Shown here piece after piece: positions 37,412 through 49,429 of a stretch of DNA of 64,000 bases. The notes beneath the pieces are model-generated. The model searched no databases. It saw only the letters and a program-made list of their open reading frames with translations, and was not told the origin of the DNA. The stretch lies in NCBI GenBank assembly GCA_030390025.1, contig CM059433.1, forward strand, positions 23,252,001 through 23,316,000, given 5' to 3'. The stretch's first letter is position 1. Every line of letters begins with the position of its first letter. The position numbers and the translations under genes are program-made. This DNA is from Squalus acanthias. Lineage: Eukaryota.

Positions 37412-37599
37412 ATATACACTTCTATCAGGTTGCTGCTATAGAGTAAGTAGACTCAACACGTCAAGCCTACTTGAGTAACTGTCATTTGTCCTTTGCTAGC
37501 GAAGCAGACAGCTCTAACATCATCTCAATTTTTTGCAGTGAGTTCTTTGATGACTGATGAGACTTTTGCTCGGAATGAGCCTCCTCAGATAGAACAGTG

Positions 37600-38190
37600 G
37601 ATCCCTGATTCACCCGATTGGGAATGTTGATTTTTCAGGCGAGACTTCCTCAACTAGCAGTTACATTTAGCATCAGCAATGCGATGGAGTTGCCTTCATG
37701 GATGGTTTTCCGCCATGCTTCCTTTATCTTGAGCAAGTTGTTCCCACTTAGGAATGTCTATTTGGCACTGCTTCAGAGTCGCTTTTTAGCAGTCGTTATA
37801 TCTCATTTGCTGATCACCACAAAATACCTTCCCAGTTGTCAATGTGCCACAAAAGATCTTCTTCGGGATTTGTTCTTCAGACATTCGCACTGCATGACCG
37901 GACCAGCATAGTCGTGCCTTCATGATAAGAGCATCTATGCCTGGCATGTCAGCTTATTTAAGAACTTTGGTGTCAGGGATCTTGTCTTGCCATCTGATCT
38001 TCATTAATCATCTCAGGCAGCTTAGGTGATAGTGATTCAGTTTCTTAATGTGGCGTGAATATGTTGTCCATGTTTCACAGGCATAAAGTAGGGTCATCAG
38101 AACAGCAGCCCTGTAGGCTTTGAGCTTGGTCTGCAGGCTGATTCCTCTCTTGTCTCAAAGGCACTCACAGAGTTTGCTGAAAGTTAAGTT
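37600..38190 (-). mobile_element. Degenerate RTE-like fragment
   Basis: Minus strand resembles TKLKAYRAAV.MTLLYACETWT, IRWQDKI, LCWSGHAVRM, KRL...LNKCQI. Confidence 0.6.
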
Positions 38191-38270
38191 TGCTAAAAGT
38201 TAAGCAACAAGAGCAGGTCAGAGGCTAGGTGAAATATTTAAAGTTTGCTTCTGCATCGGTTATTAAAACG

Positions 38271-40938
38271 TTCAGGCTTGGGCTGATAAGTGGCAGGTAA
38301 CATTCGCGCCACACAAGTGCCAGGCAATGACTATCTCCAACAAGCGAGAGTCTAACCACCACCCCTTGACATTCAATGGCATTACCATCGCTGAATCCCC
38401 ACCATCAACATCCTGGGGGTCACCATTGACCAGAAACTTAACTGGACCAGCCACATAAATACTGTGGCAACAAGAGCAGGTCAGAGGCTGGGTATTCTGC
38501 GGCGAGTGTCTCACCTCCTGACTTCCCAAAGCCTTTCCACCATCTACAAGGCACAAGTAAGGATTTGTTCTTCTGGAGGAGTACAGAAAGTGCAGGGGTG
38601 CAATTAAAAAGGATATTAGGAAAGCAAAGAGAGAGCATGAAAAATTCATGGCAAGTAAAATCAAGGAAAACCCAAAGATATTTTATAAATATATTAAGAG
38701 TAAGAGGATAACTAAAGAAAGGGTAGGGCCTATTAGAGATCATGAGGGTAATCTGTGTGTGGAGGCGGGAGACATCAGTAGGGTTCTTAATGAATACTTT
38801 GCATCTGTTTTCACAAAGGAGAGGGGCGAAGCAGACATTGCTATCAGGGAGGAGGAGTGTGAAATATTATATGAAATAAACATAGTGAGAGAGGAAGTAT
38901 TAAGGGGTTTAGCAGCTTTAAAAGTGGATAAATCCCCAGGCCTGGATGAAATATATTCCAGGCTGTTAAGTGAAGCAAAAGAGGAAATAGCAGAGGCCCT
39001 GACCATCATTTTCCCATCCTCTCTGGCTTCAGGTGTGGTGCCAGAGGACTGGAGGACTGCTAATGTGGTACCCTTGTTTAAAAAGGGAGAAAAGGATAGA
39101 CCGAGTAATTACAGGCCAGTCAGCCTAACCTCAGTGGTGGGAAAATTATTGGAAAGAATTCTGAAGGACAGGATAAATCTTCATTTAGAAAGACACGGAT
39201 TAATCAAGGATAGTCAGCATGGATTTGTTAAGGGAAGGTTGTGTCTGACAAACTTGATTGAATTTTTTGAAGAGGTAACAAGGAGGGTAGATGAGGGTAG
39301 TGCGTTTGATGTAGTGTATATGGACTTTAGCAAGGCTTTTGATAAGGTTCCACATGGCAGACTGATCACAAAGTTAAAAGCCCATGAGATCCAGGGCAAA
39401 GTGTCAAGTTGGATTCACAACTGGCTCGGAGAGAGGAAGCAGAGGCTAATGGTTGATGGGTGTTTTTGTGACTGGAAGGCTGTTTCCAGTGGGGTTCCGC
39501 AGGGCTCAGTACTAGGTCCCTTGCTTTTTGAGGTATAGATCAATGATCTAGACTTGAATATAGGGGGTATGATTAAGAAGTTTGCAGATGATACTAAAAT
39601 TGGCTGTGTGGTTGATACTGAAGAAGAAAGCTGTAGACTGCAGGGAGATATCAATAAATTGGTCAGGTGGGCAGAACAGTGGCAAATGGAATTAAATCCA
39701 GAGAAGTGTGAGGTAATGCATTTGGGGATGGTTAACAAGGAAAGGGCATACACATTAAATGGTATGACACTGAGTAGTGTAGAGGAACAAAGGGACCTTG
39801 GAGTGCATGTCCACAGATCCCTGAAGGTAGAAGGCCAGGTAGATAAGGTGGTTAAGAAGGCATACGGAATGCTTACCTTTATTAGCCGTGGCATAGAATA
39901 CAAGAGAGGGTACAGAGGAGATTTACAAGGATGTTGCCGGGAGTAGAGAATCTTAGCTATGAGGAAAGATTGGATAGGCTGGATTTGTTTTCCTTGGAAC
40001 AGAGGATGATGAAAGGAGACCTTATTGAGGTGTATAAAATTATGAGGGGCCTAGATAAAGTGGATAGAAAGGATGTATTTCCCTTAGCAGAGGGGTCAAA
40101 AACTAGGCGGCACAGATTTAAAGTAATTGGTGGAAGGTTTAGAGGGGATTTCAGGGGAACTTTCTTCACCCAGAGGGTTGTGGGGGTCTGGAACTCACTG
40201 CCTGAAAGGGTGGTAGAGGCAGAAACCCTAACCACATTTAAAAAGTACTTGGATGTGCACTTGGGATGCTGTAACCTGCAGGGCTACGGACCAAGAGCTG
40301 AGAAGTGGGATTAGGCTGGATAGCTCTTTGTTGGCCAGCGCGGACACGATGGGCCGAAATGGCCTCCTTCCGTGCTGTAACTTTCTATGATTCTTTTTGA
40401 CTCTATGATTCTAAGGAGTGTGATGGAATACTCTCCACTTGCCTGGATGAGTGCAGTTCCAACAACACTCAGGAAGCTCGACACCATCCAGGACAAAGCC
40501 GCCCGCTTGATTGGCACCCCATCTACCACCTTAAACATTCACTCCCTCCACCACCGGCGTACCGTGGCTGCAGTGTGTAACATCTACAAGATGCACTGCA
40601 GCAACTCGCCAAGGCTTCTTCGGCAGCGCCTCCCAAACCCACGACCTCTTCCACCTAGAAGGACAAGGGCAGCAGATTCATGGGAACACCACCACTTCCA
40701 AGTTCCCCTCCAAGTCACACACCAGCCTGACTTGGAAGTATATCGCCGATCCTTCATCGTCGCTGGGTCAAAATCCTGGAACTCCCTCCCTCACAGCACT
40801 GTGGGAGTACCATCACCATACGGACTGCAGCGGTTCAAGAAGGCGGCTCACCACCACCTTCTCAAGGGCAATTAGGGATGGGCAATAAATGCTGGCCTTG
40901 CCAGCGACGCCCACATCCCATAAACGAATTAAAAAAAA
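38271..40938 (+). mobile_element. Zenon-like LINE 3' part split by a CR1 insertion
   Basis: 38271-38563 and 40412-40938 are colinear with 14136-14945. Confidence 0.9.
38564..40411 (+). mobile_element. CR1 LINE, 5'-truncated, flanked by TAAGGA duplication
   Basis: RT ORFs 38648-39538, 39554-39946 and 39931-40314; TAAGGA at 38558-38563 and 40412-40417. Confidence 0.95.
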
Positions 40939-41664
40939 AGCTGTCTTTGGAAATTCTGCAGGATGCTTGTGTATCGATGAACTCCTCTAAATAGGGTGAA
41001 TCTGTCCACAGCCTGAAGCGTGTGATCACTGATAGTGATGATTAGTGGATTGTTATCCTTGCCTGAGGCTGGTTGGAATATTGCCAATGTCTTTTTAAGG
41101 TAACACAGCAGGGTCTCACAAAAAATAGGACTCACTGACAAGAGTAGTCAGAAACATGCAAGCCAGATATATCTAGAGTTAAAAAGAGTAAAAGAACCCC
41201 AAAATGTAGTCTCAGTATTATGATTAAGACAAAGGAGGAAAAATGTAGTATTCCCATTTATTTATTGGTGATCTTCTTTTAATCTATATGTCCTCCTTTC
41301 CTATTTGGACCAATTTTCCCCTCACATCTGTCTCCGCTGAAGGTGCTGACTCCTTTGCTTGTGATATGGTTCCACAGGTGCTGGTTGCCCTCCTTGCCAT
41401 CATGCCCATTCATTATGTATGGATCCAGAAAGTGAATTTCAGCAGGCTGTTGGATCCCAGGGGGAGCACCAGTCACACACCGTCCTGTCCTCATCCAACA
41501 ACCACACATGCTGACTTTCAGCAGAGGTTGCTGGATAGCAATCAGGAGCAGATTTTCTGTGCAGTTCTCCCCTCCCTAACCTGGAGGTCACGAGGCCCAC
41601 AGTAGCAAGCTGTTGCTTTGGAAACGAGCTAACTCAGCACAGAATTAGAATTGAACCTGCAACC

Positions 41665-41830
41665 ATCACTCAGAGGGTTATGAATCTTTGGAATTCTCTG
41701 CCCCAGAGGGCTGTGCATGCTGAGTCTTTGAGTATATTCAAGGCTGAGATAGATAGATTTTTGGACTCTAGGGGAATCAAGGAATATGGATATCAGGCAG
41801 GAAAGTTTAGTTGAGGTCGATGATCATGTT
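41665..41830 (+). mobile_element. CR1 3' fragment
   Basis: CACTCAGAGGG..GAATCTTTGGAATTCTCT..CCCCAGAGGGCTGTG. Confidence 0.8.
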
Positions 41831-42659
41831 CGGCATGGCTAAATTATTTATTGCCTTAGCCCCTGAACCATTGGCGGAGCGATTACTAATTTTAATGGTT
41901 TATTCAGTTAGTGATGCTAACTATTTGCGAATGCAGTGCAGTTTAATGCCAAATAATGATGAACAAGTTAAGAGCCACATAAACCAACAGTTCATGACCA
42001 AGAGCCTTTAAAACCACCTAGTTACTATTTGCCATCAGGAAAGATAACATTAAACATGGGGATGGGGGGGGGGGGGGGGGGAGGGGGACATTTTCCCCAG
42101 ATACTTTAGGCACTAAAGATCCTCCAAGGTGGCCAAAATGGGGTCTTAAGCTGCAATGCCGGTTTGGAGCAAGACGCCATCTTGGTAAAGGAGTTGAAGT
42201 GCACACTAGGAATGGCCGCCCAGAGGGGCTGATTGACAATTAAGGCTGATTGACAGCATTTTCTGATTGACAATTAAATTGCCTGCTAGTTATCATGAAA
42301 GAAGCTGCACGGCATTTTGGTGGGGAGCACTTCAATTAACAACCTCTCCTAACAGCGACCAGCTGAACAGGTGTAAAAGAAGTAATTGCTGAGTTATTCG
42401 AGCGCTATTTAAGGCCATGCTCAGCTGTCACTGTTCACTTGCTGTTGGAGGTTGACTGACTAGACTGTGTTTGAAGAGGACTTTTGAGACACATTGGGAG
42501 ACTTTCTTGAATAATTTGACAAGCCTTCACCAACACTCTTATCAACATTTTTCCCGGAAATTCTCTCTTTAAGACTTCACCTAAAAGGAGTGAGTGCTGT
42601 GCTACTCTACCTTATTGGACACCTTATAGGAATCATCAGGAGAAAGGGGATGTTTGGTC

Positions 42660-43815
42660 ATGGGGCATCTTGCCAGGTGTCCCCCTTGCTCTTCATGAGG
42701 AATGGGAGGAGGAGATGAGGCCAGGCAGAGCAGCACCAGCTGCTGCAGGAGAGAGGGACAAGTGGTCGAGGAGGGCTCTCAGCAGGAGGCCCAATCCACC
42801 CAGGGTCTTCAGAGCGCAGTACTCCTACATTCACATGACCCAAGACCAGTACATGAGGAGGCTGCGCTTTACCAAGGAGGTCGTCACAGAGATCTGTGGG
42901 CTCGTGGAAGGAAGACTCAGACCTCGCAGCACAGCCAGGACTGCATTGCCTGTGGCAGTCAAGGGCATAGTAGCGCTTAATTTTTATGCTGCTGGAACCT
43001 TCCAGACTGCCACAAGTGATACCAGTCACATATCACAATCCTCTGTGCACTTCTGCATAAGGGAGGTCGCTACGACTCTATCCGCTCTGAGGAATGATTA
43101 TATATCATTCTCTATTGCTAGAATAGACCAGAGGCAGAGAGCTCTAGGATTCAACAGGATGGCGGGATTTCCCACGGTCCGGGGGCCATTGACTGCACAC
43201 ATGTGGCCATGTGAGCCCCTCAATTAAACTCAGAGCTGTACAGGAACAGGAGGAATTCCATTCCACCAATGTGCAGCTCATGTGCGACCACCGGCAGCAT
43301 ATCATGCACGTGAATGCCTGCTAGCCAGGGAGCTGCTACGATGCATTTATAATGAGACAGTCATCCGTCCCACAGATCTTTGAGCCCCAACACAATGTGC
43401 ATGGCTGACTATTAGTTGACAAGGGATACCCTCTGATGCCATGTCTTCCCCTGAGAAACCCCCAGACACCAGCTGAGCACTCATGCAATGAGAGCCACTC
43501 AGCCACCAGGAATATCACTGAGCAGACCATTGGGGTCCTCAAGCAGAGATTTAGATGCCTTGACTGGTCAGGAGGTGCCCTGCAGTACTCGGCCGAGAGG
43601 TCTCCAGATTCGTGGTGACTTGCTGCATGCTCCACAATCTGCTGGTCATGTGACCAGCTGTTGCCATCAGCAATTATGTCAGAGGATCAAGCTCAGGAGG
43701 AGGAGGAAGAGGAGGGTGACTGAGGAGGGGGTGGGGGGCACCAGAGGGTTTCAGTTAGACGGCCTGCACCAGGGAGGGATGCTCATTGCCATCTAATTGA
43801 AGAGCACTTTTGAGA
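42660..43815 (+). pseudogene. Harbinger (HARBI1-like, DDE_Tnp_4) transposase, frameshifted
   Basis: VALNFYAAGTFQ, IDCTHVA, NVQLMCD, PGSCYDAFI, DKGYPL, TRNITEQTIGVLKQRFRCLD, CCMLHNL across shifted frames. Confidence 0.9.
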
Positions 43816-44077
43816 GACATCCTTCACCATCCGGCTCCAGAGCACTGTTGCTACATGATGTACCTTCCACGACTTAGGATCCATCAGGCAGTCCATCATC
43901 TGCATTCAATTCTTTCAACCCCTTTCCCATGAAGACTACAATAAAAAAGGCCACCAATTCCACCACTACCCAATTATCTGCAGCACAATCAAGCAATGGA
44001 AACATCACACAGCTAACAAATATTAAACTATTCACCCTGCTGCTTGCCCTTAGTGACTATCTATAAGTGCTCTTGCC

Positions 44078-45045
44078 TTGGATGAGGGGATCAAATGTAA
44101 TATATCCAAGTTTGCTGATGATACAAAGCTGGGTGGGAATGTAAGTTGTGAGGAGGATGCAAGGAGGCTTCAAGGGGATATCGACAGGCTAAGTGAGTGG
44201 GCAAGAACATGGCAAATGGAATATAATGTGGAGAAATGTGAAGTTATCCACTTTGGTAGGAAAAATAGAAAAGCAGAGTATTTTTTAAATGGTGAGAGAT
44301 TGGGAAATGTTGGTGTTCAGAGGGACCTGGGTGTCCTTGTACACGAATCACTAAAAATTAACATGCAGGTACAGCAAGCAATTAGGAAAGCAAATGGTAT
44401 GTTGGCCTTTATTACAAGAGGATTTGAGGATAAGAGTAAAGACGTCTTACTGCAGTTATATAGGGCCCTGGTGAGACCACACCTGGAGTATTGTGTACAG
44501 TTTTGGTCTCCTTACCTAAGGAAGGGTATACTTGCCATAGAGGGAGTGCAATGAAGGTTCACCAGACTGGTTCCTGGGATAGGGGAATTGTCCAATGAGG
44601 ACAGATTGAGTAGACTAGACCTATATTCTCTCGAGTTTAGAAGAATGAGAGGTGATCTCATTGAAACATACAAAATTATTACAGGACTTGACAGGGTAGA
44701 TGCAGGGAGGCTGTTTCCCCTGGCTGGGGAGTCTAGAACCAGGGCTCATAGTCTCAGAATAAGGGGTCGGCCATTTAGGACTGAGATGAGGAGAAATTTC
44801 TTCACTCAGAGGGTGGTGAATCTTTGGAATTCTCTACCCCAGAGGGCTGTGGAGGCTCAGTCGTTGAGTATATTCAAGACAGAGATCGATAGGTTTTTGA
44901 ATATTAAGGGAATCAAGGGATATGTGGATACTTCAGGAAAGTGGAGATGAGGTAGCAGATCAGCCATGATCTTATTGAATGGCGGAGCAGGCTCGAAGGG
45001 CCAAATAGCCAACTCCTGCTCCTATTTCTTATGTTGTTATGTTCT
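44078..45045 (+). mobile_element. CR1 3' fragment
   Basis: ISKFADDTKLGG...RPHLEYCVQFWSP; nearly identical to 58380-59152. Confidence 0.95.
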
Positions 45046-45049
45046 AACC

Positions 45050-46012
45050 TAGTGCTTCTACAAAGTGCAACCCCAGTGGCAGCAGCAGGCATGGTGGATG
45101 GCTGCTGAGATTCTGAAGAGGGCAGTTCTTATGTCCTCCTGCGCCGTCTTCGAGAGGCTGTGGGCCATGATGGCCCTGCCTCAGACTGCACCTTCTCCAT
45201 ATGAGCTTCAGTAGTCTGGGCCGCCTGGCTGACAGGTAACTGCAAGGTCAATGGTGGAGTGCTGAGGGAGGGAGCAGGAATGCTGGCATCCGGAGAGAGG
45301 CCAGTAGGTTCCTGCTCCATGATTCCCACACCACTACCTCGGGGCCTCTGGTCAGGCAGCCCAGTGATCTGGTGGAGGACAGATCTCTCGGCATTGGAGA
45401 CACTCTGCAAGCCCCTTTCAACCGAGGAGTCCAGAGCCACAAGAGCTGCTGCCTGAGCTTCCATTGCAGCACTTTGCCATTCCATGGAAGATGCAATGAC
45501 TGCAGTGGAAGCTGCGACCTCAGTCATCAGATGCTGCATGATGTCGGGCTCAACAAATCGCTGGCTGGAATGGGCCAGCCTCTCCACGCTGGAGAGGATG
45601 AGTCCCAGGCTCTGCATCAAGCCACGGGCCAAGGTAGATGTGGGCTCCTCCATCCCCCTAGCCACGACCCGTAAGCTTTCAGGCAAGTTTTCCATTGCAC
45701 CAACTATTTGGTTTGTCAGACCCATCAGCCTTCTTCTGAAGCTAGGCCTTGCAAGGTCCTCATCTGACCCCTCTACAGCAGAACTCGTATGCAACCTTGC
45801 CCCCCCGGAAAACTGGCACCTGTGGTGTCCCTTCCACCCTGCGTGGCTGCTTCCCGCTAGTGCCCGGTGTGTCCCACTACGATGATCCCTCTCCTAAGCT
45901 AGCCTCTAAGTTACACGTGCTGTAAGTCTCTGAGCTGATGCCTGCGACAGTGGTAGCCATTGATGCAGTGCTTTCTTCCTCGCTCTCCTCCTCCTCCTCT
46001 TCCTCCGTGGGG
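45050..46012 (-). pseudogene. Harbinger Myb/SANT-like gene, last exon
   Basis: EEEEEEESEEE tract, then HTSSAVEGSDEDL...RRRLMG...LPESLR..., paralleling 18640-19553. Confidence 0.8.
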
Positions 46013-46613
46013 CTGAGGTGGTATTCCAATTTGTCTTTCTCAGATCCAAAGTGGATGACCTCAAAGCTGAAAAGCTCAACTTTCTCCAATCTTACCTTAT
46101 AATTCAATCGTTTGGCACTGGGATTCAGTTTCGTGGCTCTTTAAAGAAATAATAATGACATGCCATTTAGTTAACAAGTGCTCCGTGAAACAGATATACT
46201 GAATTTGTATTTTTGCATGTTAGTTGAGCGGCGACAGGTTACTGAGAGCGAATGTTTTGGAGAAAGAGTCACGATTGGAAGACTCCAAAGTGTCAGATTC
46301 AGGGTGGAGTGGAACATCAACAACTGTGGTACTGCAAGTTCTCCAAACCTGATCACAGCGTAGCCAAAGTTCACAATTTTGTTCGCAGTTTATTGATTTT
46401 GCATTATTGCTTTAAAATGAGAAACTTGCTGAGACAGCAAAGGGAGCATTTTTCTCCCTCTCTCCCTTCCATCCTGGCGAATCACACGCATTAAAATAAT
46501 AGTGTAAAATCAATAAATCATAAACTAAATCATGAATATTGGCAATGCAGAGATCTCAAAAGAGGTCTTAATGGTGACTTTCCTGAATTGCATGGAAGAT
46601 GGTGGGTGGTGAC

Positions 46614-47801
46614 TGTAAGGTGTTTGGTTTCCTCGTCCTTACAAGGGTTCTTTGACTCTGGGTTTTACAGGAACAACATGGTAGACGACACAAAGGTTTA
46701 GGTTCAACCCAAAACTGTTAGTTTATTAAAACCAACAAAACACGGACAAAAACCTGTTGAGATTTGGCTGAAACTTACAATCACCCGTCCGGCCAGTCGT
46801 TACCGTTGTGGATTGTAGGCCTGGATCGGACATGACCTGTCCCCGTCCTCCAATATCTGACTGCAGCTGCCTACACAGCGCAAACCCCTTGTAGAGACAA
46901 CTGATACTTACAATCACCCGTCCGGCTGGTCGTGGCCGACGTCGATTGCAGGCTGGGAGCTGGAGATGACCGTCTTCCCTTCCTTCTTACACCTGGCAGT
47001 TGCTGTAGTCGGAGCTAGCTTCCGAGAGAGAGAGCTTCTGAGAGAGAGAGATCTTCCGAGCGAAAGAGAGAGAGAGCTGTCGTGCGGTCCCTTCTTATAG
47101 TTCTTTTAGTCACCTGGCCCCATGCTGGGCCTCCCCCAACCAGTTTCGGTTGTCGGTTTGCTGAAATGTTCGACGTTCACACCTCGTCAACCTGTAATTC
47201 AATCACTGGAGGTGTACAGAGTTGTGAGATCGAAGATAACTGCTTATCCCCTCTCCCGCTTTTTGTAACGCATATTCAATGTGATTTCTATTACTGTTGA
47301 TGGGCGGTTGGCTGATTGTCTGCTCGGGACTTGTGTATCTTCCATTCATGTCAGGAAGTCGATTGTGACCCCCATTGTTTCAGTTAAACTCAGAGCATTG
47401 TCCAGATGTTAATTTTTTCCCATCGAAACCAATCATGATTCAAGGCCTCACAGTTCAATGTCAATGTCCTTTTCAGAGTTAATCATGAGTCAAAGCTTTC
47501 ATTGTCCAGTATCAATGTGTTCTCCAAGAACATGATGCGGAGATGCCGGTGTTGGACTGGGGTGGACAAAAATGAGAAGTCGCACAACACCAGGTTATAG
47601 TCCAACAGTTTTATTTGAAATCACGAGCTTTCGGAGTTTCAAATAAAACTGTTGGACTATAACCTGGTGTTGTGCGACTTCTCATTTTTCTCCAAGAACT
47701 GCAGACTTTGATGACTGGCACCTTTTCTGTGCCTTGAAGTTTAACCGTTTCATGCCCTTACCGCTGGGCCAAACAGGCTTCCAGCATTTTTGAAATCTAC
47801 A
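46614..47801 (-). mobile_element. Solo LTR with 4-bp TSD TGAC
   Basis: TGTA...TACA termini; TGAC at 46610-46613 and 47802-47805. Minus-strand TATAAG near 47094-47099 and AATAAA near 46722-46727. Internal direct repeat ACTTACAATCACCCGTCCGGC (46773, 46906). Confidence 0.75.
47531..47689. mobile_element. Penelope-like hairpin mini-insertion (37-nt tail plus 53-bp perfect inverted repeat)
   Basis: Arms 47568-47620 and 47637-47689; TSD TTCTCCAAGAA at 47520-47530 and 47688-47698. Confidence 0.9.
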
Positions 47802-48404
47802 TGACAAAATCATTTTGTTGGGGTGTTGAGAGAAGCTAATCTGCTGATTTAGGTTGTTCCAATCTGCTTGTCTGATTGTATGCAGTTGTAAAATCAAGTT
47901 GCAGCTGGCTGAAGCCTATTTATGTAGTTAGTTAACATTTGTGGATTAATTTTATCTTATTCTATCACCTAGCAACAGATGGAGTGTGTCTCTTCTGTTC
48001 TATGTTTCTGGAAAGAAGATGTGTAACCTTGTGTTCAGCTGTGGTGATGGCATCGTTGCGGGGGTCTCATCTTCTATTTTTCCATCGTGTTGTGTGTGAG
48101 CTTCATCCCAGCAGCACAGTTCCAAGCCATAATGATGTTTCATTCTGCACTCAAGATATTAAAAAGAAATGCGGCTTCAGTTTACACTGGAGTAAAACTC
48201 CATGAGGCACCAAGCCCAAGTGATAGCTTCCCTGAGGGGCTCTCACACCGAGGCAATCCGACATCAGGTTGTGATCTGACTCTGGAAACCACACAGAATG
48301 TCACTGCACGCTGACACTCCTGATCAATAAGTGATGACCAATTAGTGTGCTCATTGCTAATCAGAGTGAATACTCTAATATTTTTACACTGGAATTTCTA
48401 TAAG

Positions 48405-48495
48405 TTAAAATATAAATGTATTATTTATTTATTTTATTATTTATATTATTATATTTATAATATTATTTATATTATTAAAATATAAATTAAAATGT
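48405..48495. repeat. AT-rich low-complexity tract
   Basis: Almost exclusively A and T. Confidence 0.85.
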
Positions 48496-48498
48496 AAA

Positions 48499-49008
48499 TG
48501 CGTTGGAAGCAGTTCAGAGAAGGTTTACTAGACTAATACCTGGAATGGGCGGGTTGTCTTATGAGGAAAGGTTGGACAGGCTAGGCTTGTATCCGCTGGA
48601 GTTTAGAAGAGTAAGAGGTAACTTGATTGAAACATATAAGATCCTGAGGGGTCTAGACAGGGTGGATGTGGAGAGGATGTTTCCTCTTGTGGGAGAATCT
48701 AGAACTAGGGGTCACTGTTTAAAAATAAGGGGTCGCCCATTTAAGACAGAGATGAGGAGAAATTTTTTCTCACAGAGGGTCGTGAGTCTTTGGAACTCTC
48801 TTCCTCAGAGGGCGGTGGAAGCAGAGTCTTTGAATATTTTTAAGGCAGAGGTAGATAGATTCTTGATAAGCAAGAGGGTGAAAGGTTATCGGAGGTAGGT
48901 GGGAATGTGGAGTAATCAGATCAGCCAGGATCTCATTGAATGGCGAAACAGGCTCGAGGGGCCGAGTGGCCTACTCCTGCTCCTAATTCGTATGTTCATA
49001 TGTACGTA
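48499..49008 (+). mobile_element. CR1 3' fragment
   Basis: ORF 48503-48898 EAVQRRFTRLIPGM...RRNFFSQRVV. Confidence 0.93.
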
Positions 49009-49429
49009 TAATTGTAGAAATGTAGAAGAAAGCAGGTGTTACTGTTTAGTTGTTGAATAAGCACAATCTGCATGCCCTAAAGCTTCAGGTCGATATGCCC
49101 AAGCAGTTGACTGACCCAAGGAGAAAAAAAGAATCAAAAATGTAACCGACCATTTTGCCAGTGCCAAAATCTGGTTTGTTCAAATAATTGGTGAAAGAAG
49201 CGCTCCTTTATCTTTATCTCTTCTCAAATGACATCTAATTTCCTTTGGTTGAATAAGCACAGCAATTGGTATTATCTATAAATGAGTCAGTTTGTGAATA
49301 CAATTACCAGAGAATCATTCCAATGCTATATAATGGACTTTCCCACTTTACCTTCTGAATTCTGATGTGAATGCGACATTTGTTTAATGTAGTGAGTGTC
49401 TCGATGGTACAACTGACATGTTCAGGAAC

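Larger units (their letters stand above)
42083..46012. mobile_element. Two-gene PIF/Harbinger transposon (transposase +, Myb gene -, convergent), right end lost
   Basis: Terminus GGGGGACATTTT, both gene remnants present, interrupted by CR1 44078-45045. Confidence 0.88.
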
